From Thermoplasmata archaeon (GTDB taxonomy: Archaea > Thermoplasmatota > E2 > JACPAO01 > JAHFTW01): a stretch of 64,000 nucleotides of DNA. The stretch lies in assembly GCA_034667725.1 (NCBI GenBank), contig JAXDQS010000002.1, positions 81,741 through 145,740 on the forward strand, given 5' to 3'. The notes under the pieces are model-generated. The model was not told the origin of the DNA. It saw only the letters and a list, made by a program, of their open reading frames with translations, and did no database searches. Position 1 is the stretch's first letter. Each line of letters opens with the position of its first letter. The position numbers and the translations under genes are program-made. Positions 61,156 through 64,000 of the stretch are shown here, one piece after another.

Positions 61156-62063
61156 ACGACTTCGGCCGCGCGGTCTACGAGATTGCCCGCAAGGAGTTCA
61201 TGCAGCACATGCGGACCCGCCGCGTCCTCATCATCGGCGGCGCCATCGCCGTCCTGCTGTTCACCTTCACCCTCTACTTCGGCCCGAACATCGTCGAGAA
61301 CTTCCGCCTCCAGGGCGGCAAGATCTCCGGCAACTCGGCGGAGAACCTGGTGCTGGCCTACTACTTCGGCCTCGCCATCATCGGCGGCCTCGCCTTCACG
61401 GTGCTGCTCTCCATCGTGATGACGGCCGACGCGGTCTGCTCGGAGTGGTCGAACAAGACCATCTTCCTGCTCCTGTCCAAGCCGGTGTCGCGCGACGCCT
61501 TCGTGATCGGCAAGTTCGTGGGCAACGTCACCACCATCGCCGCCGTGCTCGGCACCGTGTTCACCATCGACTACATCCTGATGCAGTTCCGCTTCGACGG
61601 CTCGCCCGCCGGCAACGAGGTCGCGGCCTTCGTCTGGACGCTCTTGATCCTGGTGCTGGGCGCCTCCGCGTTCGCCGCCATGGCGCTGTTCTTCTCGACG
61701 CTGTTCCGCACCACCATCATGAGCATGCTCGTGTCGCTGGCGATGTGGCTGCTGATCTTCCCGCTCATCGGCCAGATTGGCTTCTTCACCAACCTGCACC
61801 GGCTCGAGGGCGTCGGCTTCGACTACGGCTCCGACCCGGCCGTCCAGCGCTGGCTGTACTTCAACCCGGCCGCGGACATGCAGTCGGTGGCAAGCCTGCT
61901 GATCCCCAACGACACCGGCACCTTCAGCGAAGGCCTGCGCTACATGGGCCTCCTCAGCCCCGCGCCCGAGAACGTCGGCCTCGCGGTCCTGTCGCTCGCG
62001 ATCTACGCCGCGGTGTTCCTGGCCGGGGCGCTGTTCGTGGTGCGGCGGCGGAACTTCGAGTGA
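61152..62063 (+). CDS. ABC-2 type transporter permease
   Basis: IARKEF, E...TIFLLLSKPVSR...GKF; multiple TM. Confidence 0.92.
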
Positions 62064-62064
62064 G

Positions 62065-63027
62065 CTAGGCCGCGACGGCCACCGCCGCCCGGATCGCTGC
62101 CGCGTCCGGAGCGGACTGGAGCGCCAGCCGCAGCCGGCGCGCGCCCGGGGTGCCGGCGACGAACCGGGTCGCCTGGCGCCGCAGGTCGCCGATGCGCGTG
62201 AGGCCCGCCTGCTCCGCCCGCTCCAGGTACAAGAGCAGGGTCGCGAGCCGCTGCGGGAGCGTGGGGGCGGGGCCGGGCGCGCGCCCGTCGAGGGCGGCGC
62301 GCATCCGCGTGAACACGGTCGGGTCGTGCATGGCGGCGCGCGCGACGAAGAAGCCGGCGCAGCCCGTGGTGTCGCGCATCCGCACCACGTCGTCGGGCGT
62401 CCGGAGGTCGCCGTTGCCGACGACGGGCAGGCCGACGCCGCGCACCAGCTCCGCGATGTGGCTCCATTGCGCCTCGCCGCTGTAGCCCTGCTCGACAGTG
62501 CGGGCGTGCATCGTGACCCAGTCGCAGCCGGCGTCCTCGGCCTGGCGCGCCACCTCCAGGTAGGTGAGGCGGTTGGCGCTTGGGCCGAGCCGCATCTTGG
62601 CGCTCACCTGCCGGATGCCGGCCTCGTCGGCGGCCTTGCGGGCGGCGCGCAGCACGGCGCCGGCCCGCTCGGGGTCGCGCATCAAGAAGCCGCCGGCGCA
62701 CGACCGAAGGATGTTGGGCGCCGGGCAGCCGAGGTTGACGTCCACGAAGTCGGGCTGGACGCGGGGCGCCAGGCTGACGATGGCGGCCGTCATCTCCGTG
62801 GGCTCGGCGCACATGAACTGGACGCCGTAGGGGGACTCGCCTGGCCACGGGGCGAGGTGGCGCCAGGCGCCCTCGGAGCCGTGCATGAGCCCGATGGCGG
62901 CGACCATCTCGCTGCAGGTAACGTCGGCGCCGTGCTCGGCCGCGATGCTGCGGAAGGCGGCGTCGGTCACGTCCACCATCGGCGACAGCACGAGCGGGTG
63001 CTGGAGGGAGCGGCCGCCGATGCGCAT
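62065..63027 (-). CDS. dus: tRNA-dihydrouridine synthase
   Basis: LSPMVDVTD, DVNLGCP, MHART, GNGD. Confidence 0.93.
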   Translation of the reverse strand: MRIGGRSLQHPLVLSPMVDVTDAAFRSIAAEHGADVTCSEMVAAIGLMHGSEGAWRHLAPWPGESPYGVQFMCAEPTEMTAAIVSLAPRVQPDFVDVNLGCPAPNILRSCAGGFLMRDPERAGAVLRAARKAADEAGIRQVSAKMRLGPSANRLTYLEVARQAEDAGCDWVTMHARTVEQGYSGEAQWSHIAELVRGVGLPVVGNGDLRTPDDVVRMRDTTGCAGFFVARAAMHDPTVFTRMRAALDGRAPGPAPTLPQRLATLLLYLERAEQAGLTRIGDLRRQATRFVAGTPGARRLRLALQSAPDAAAIRAAVAVAA

Positions 63028-63034
63028 GGGGGGA

Positions 63035-63364
63035 CTACGCTCCGTGCCGTTGGGCCCACTCGCCCAGCCGGTCCATGAGGGGCACCAGGTCGCGGCCCTT
63101 GCCGGTGAGGCGGTACTCGACGCGCGGCGGCGTCTCGTTGAAGGTCTGGCGCACGACGACGCCGGCGGCCTCCAGTTCGGTGAGGCGCTGGCTCAGGGAG
63201 ACCGGGTTGATGCCCAGGGCGCGCTTGATCTCGTTGAAGCGCTGCGGCTTGCCGTCCTGGAGCAGCCACACCAAGGTCATGGCGTGCCGCTTGGAGAGGA
63301 GGTCGATGGCCTCCTGGAACGGGCAGCAGCCCTCAAGGTGCGCGGCGGCCGTGGACATGCTCAT
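63035..63364 (-). CDS. HxlR family transcriptional regulator
   Basis: CCPFQEAIDLL, RFNEI, PPRVEYRLT. Confidence 0.93.
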   Translation of the reverse strand: MSMSTAAAHLEGCCPFQEAIDLLSKRHAMTLVWLLQDGKPQRFNEIKRALGINPVSLSQRLTELEAAGVVVRQTFNETPPRVEYRLTGKGRDLVPLMDRLGEWAQRHGA

Positions 63365-63385
63365 GGCCGGTCCAGCCAGTAAACC

Positions 63386-63410
63386 AGTATAAACTTTGCA
63401 CTATTAGTAG
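63386..63410. promoter_or_regulatory. AT-rich divergent promoter/operator region
   Basis: AGTATA-AACTT-TGCACT imperfect palindrome and ACTATTAGT between two divergent regulators. Confidence 0.5.
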
Positions 63411-63434
63411 TCCAGAATCTTGACCAGGCTTACC

Positions 63435-63692
63435 ATGAGCGACTGCCACGACAGCCTGAACGTCCGCCTGCCCCCCTCCGTCCAGGAGGTTTACTGCGCC
63501 CTCTACAACCACACCCCGATGACCGGCGCCCAGCTGCGCGAGAGCACGGGCCTCCCCCGGCGGACCATCTACGAGGCGCTGCGCCGCCTGAAGCAAATCG
63601 GCGTGCTGCGCGAGCGCGTCAGCCTGAAGGACACCCGCCAGACCTACTTCTGGGTCGCCGCCGCCCAAGTCCCCCAGCCTGCGCAGGCCTAG
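63435..63692 (+). CDS. Small winged-helix protein (TrmB/MarR-like)
   Basis: LPPS...MTGAQLRESTGLPRRTIYEALRRL...DTRQTYF. Confidence 0.85.
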   Translation: MSDCHDSLNVRLPPSVQEVYCALYNHTPMTGAQLRESTGLPRRTIYEALRRLKQIGVLRERVSLKDTRQTYFWVAAAQVPQPAQA

Positions 63693-63835
63693 GGTTTCCG
63701 GGGCGCGGCCGCGGCCGCCGGGTTGCGCGGGCGCTCCAGCAAGGACTCCCACAACACCTCGTCGTCGCGGTCCATGCCGTAGGCGTCGATCCCCATCTGC
63801 CGCCGCAGGAGGTTCTGCATCGGGTTGGGTTCCAT
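63689..63835 (-). CDS. Possible small hypothetical protein
   Basis: ATG, plausible composition, no recognised motif. Confidence 0.35.
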   Translation of the reverse strand: MEPNPMQNLLRRQMGIDAYGMDRDDEVLWESLLERPRNPAAAAAPRKP

Positions 63836-64000
63836 GGATGGCCACGGACCCCGGCGGCCCCATAAACCGCGCGAAGAAGGCATCGGCAGGACCCGAAGGG
63901 GTCGCCAACCCTGCTTCGGCAAGAGCCGAACGCATCAAGCAGACCCGAACATGTTCGACTTATGGGACATCATGGCCCGCTGTGGCCTGCACAGCGGAGG

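Overview
GC-rich, gene-dense archaeal chromosome segment. Archaeal markers are rpoK, rps2, aIF5B, RadB, a FEN1-like nuclease, TiaS and a DHS-like enzyme; a Thermoplasmatota-like affiliation is my inference. About 60 CDSs are supported. Housekeeping and metabolic genes include a K+-independent H+-PPase, class II ribonucleotide reductase, NDK, acylphosphatase, Dus, a thiamine ABC transporter with a ThiR-type regulator, a Cu P1B-ATPase and an aminotransferase. There are many secreted, lipoprotein or C-terminally anchored surface proteins (PKD/TSP3, beta-helix, FG-GAP, BNR) and several winged-helix regulators. Defence relics are a PUA-like/HNH nuclease, a frameshifted PD-(D/E)xK nuclease and orphan antitoxins. 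I found no tRNA, rRNA, CRISPR array or transposase. The most unusual signals are tiny hairpin-rich inserts at gene termini. One is bracketed by a synonymously recoded duplicate of the host gene's last 12 codons (28334-28479). Another creates an in-frame 32-codon mini-ORF between the halves of a split RLAN/ATP-grasp ligase (1721-1839). Other notable items are a Rieske-fold protein lacking its Fe-S ligands, an expansin-D2-like/FG-GAP secreted protein, membrane-coupled double-wHTH regulators, and degenerate TATA boxes implying leaderless mRNAs. All family assignments come from motif recognition by eye, not database searches.
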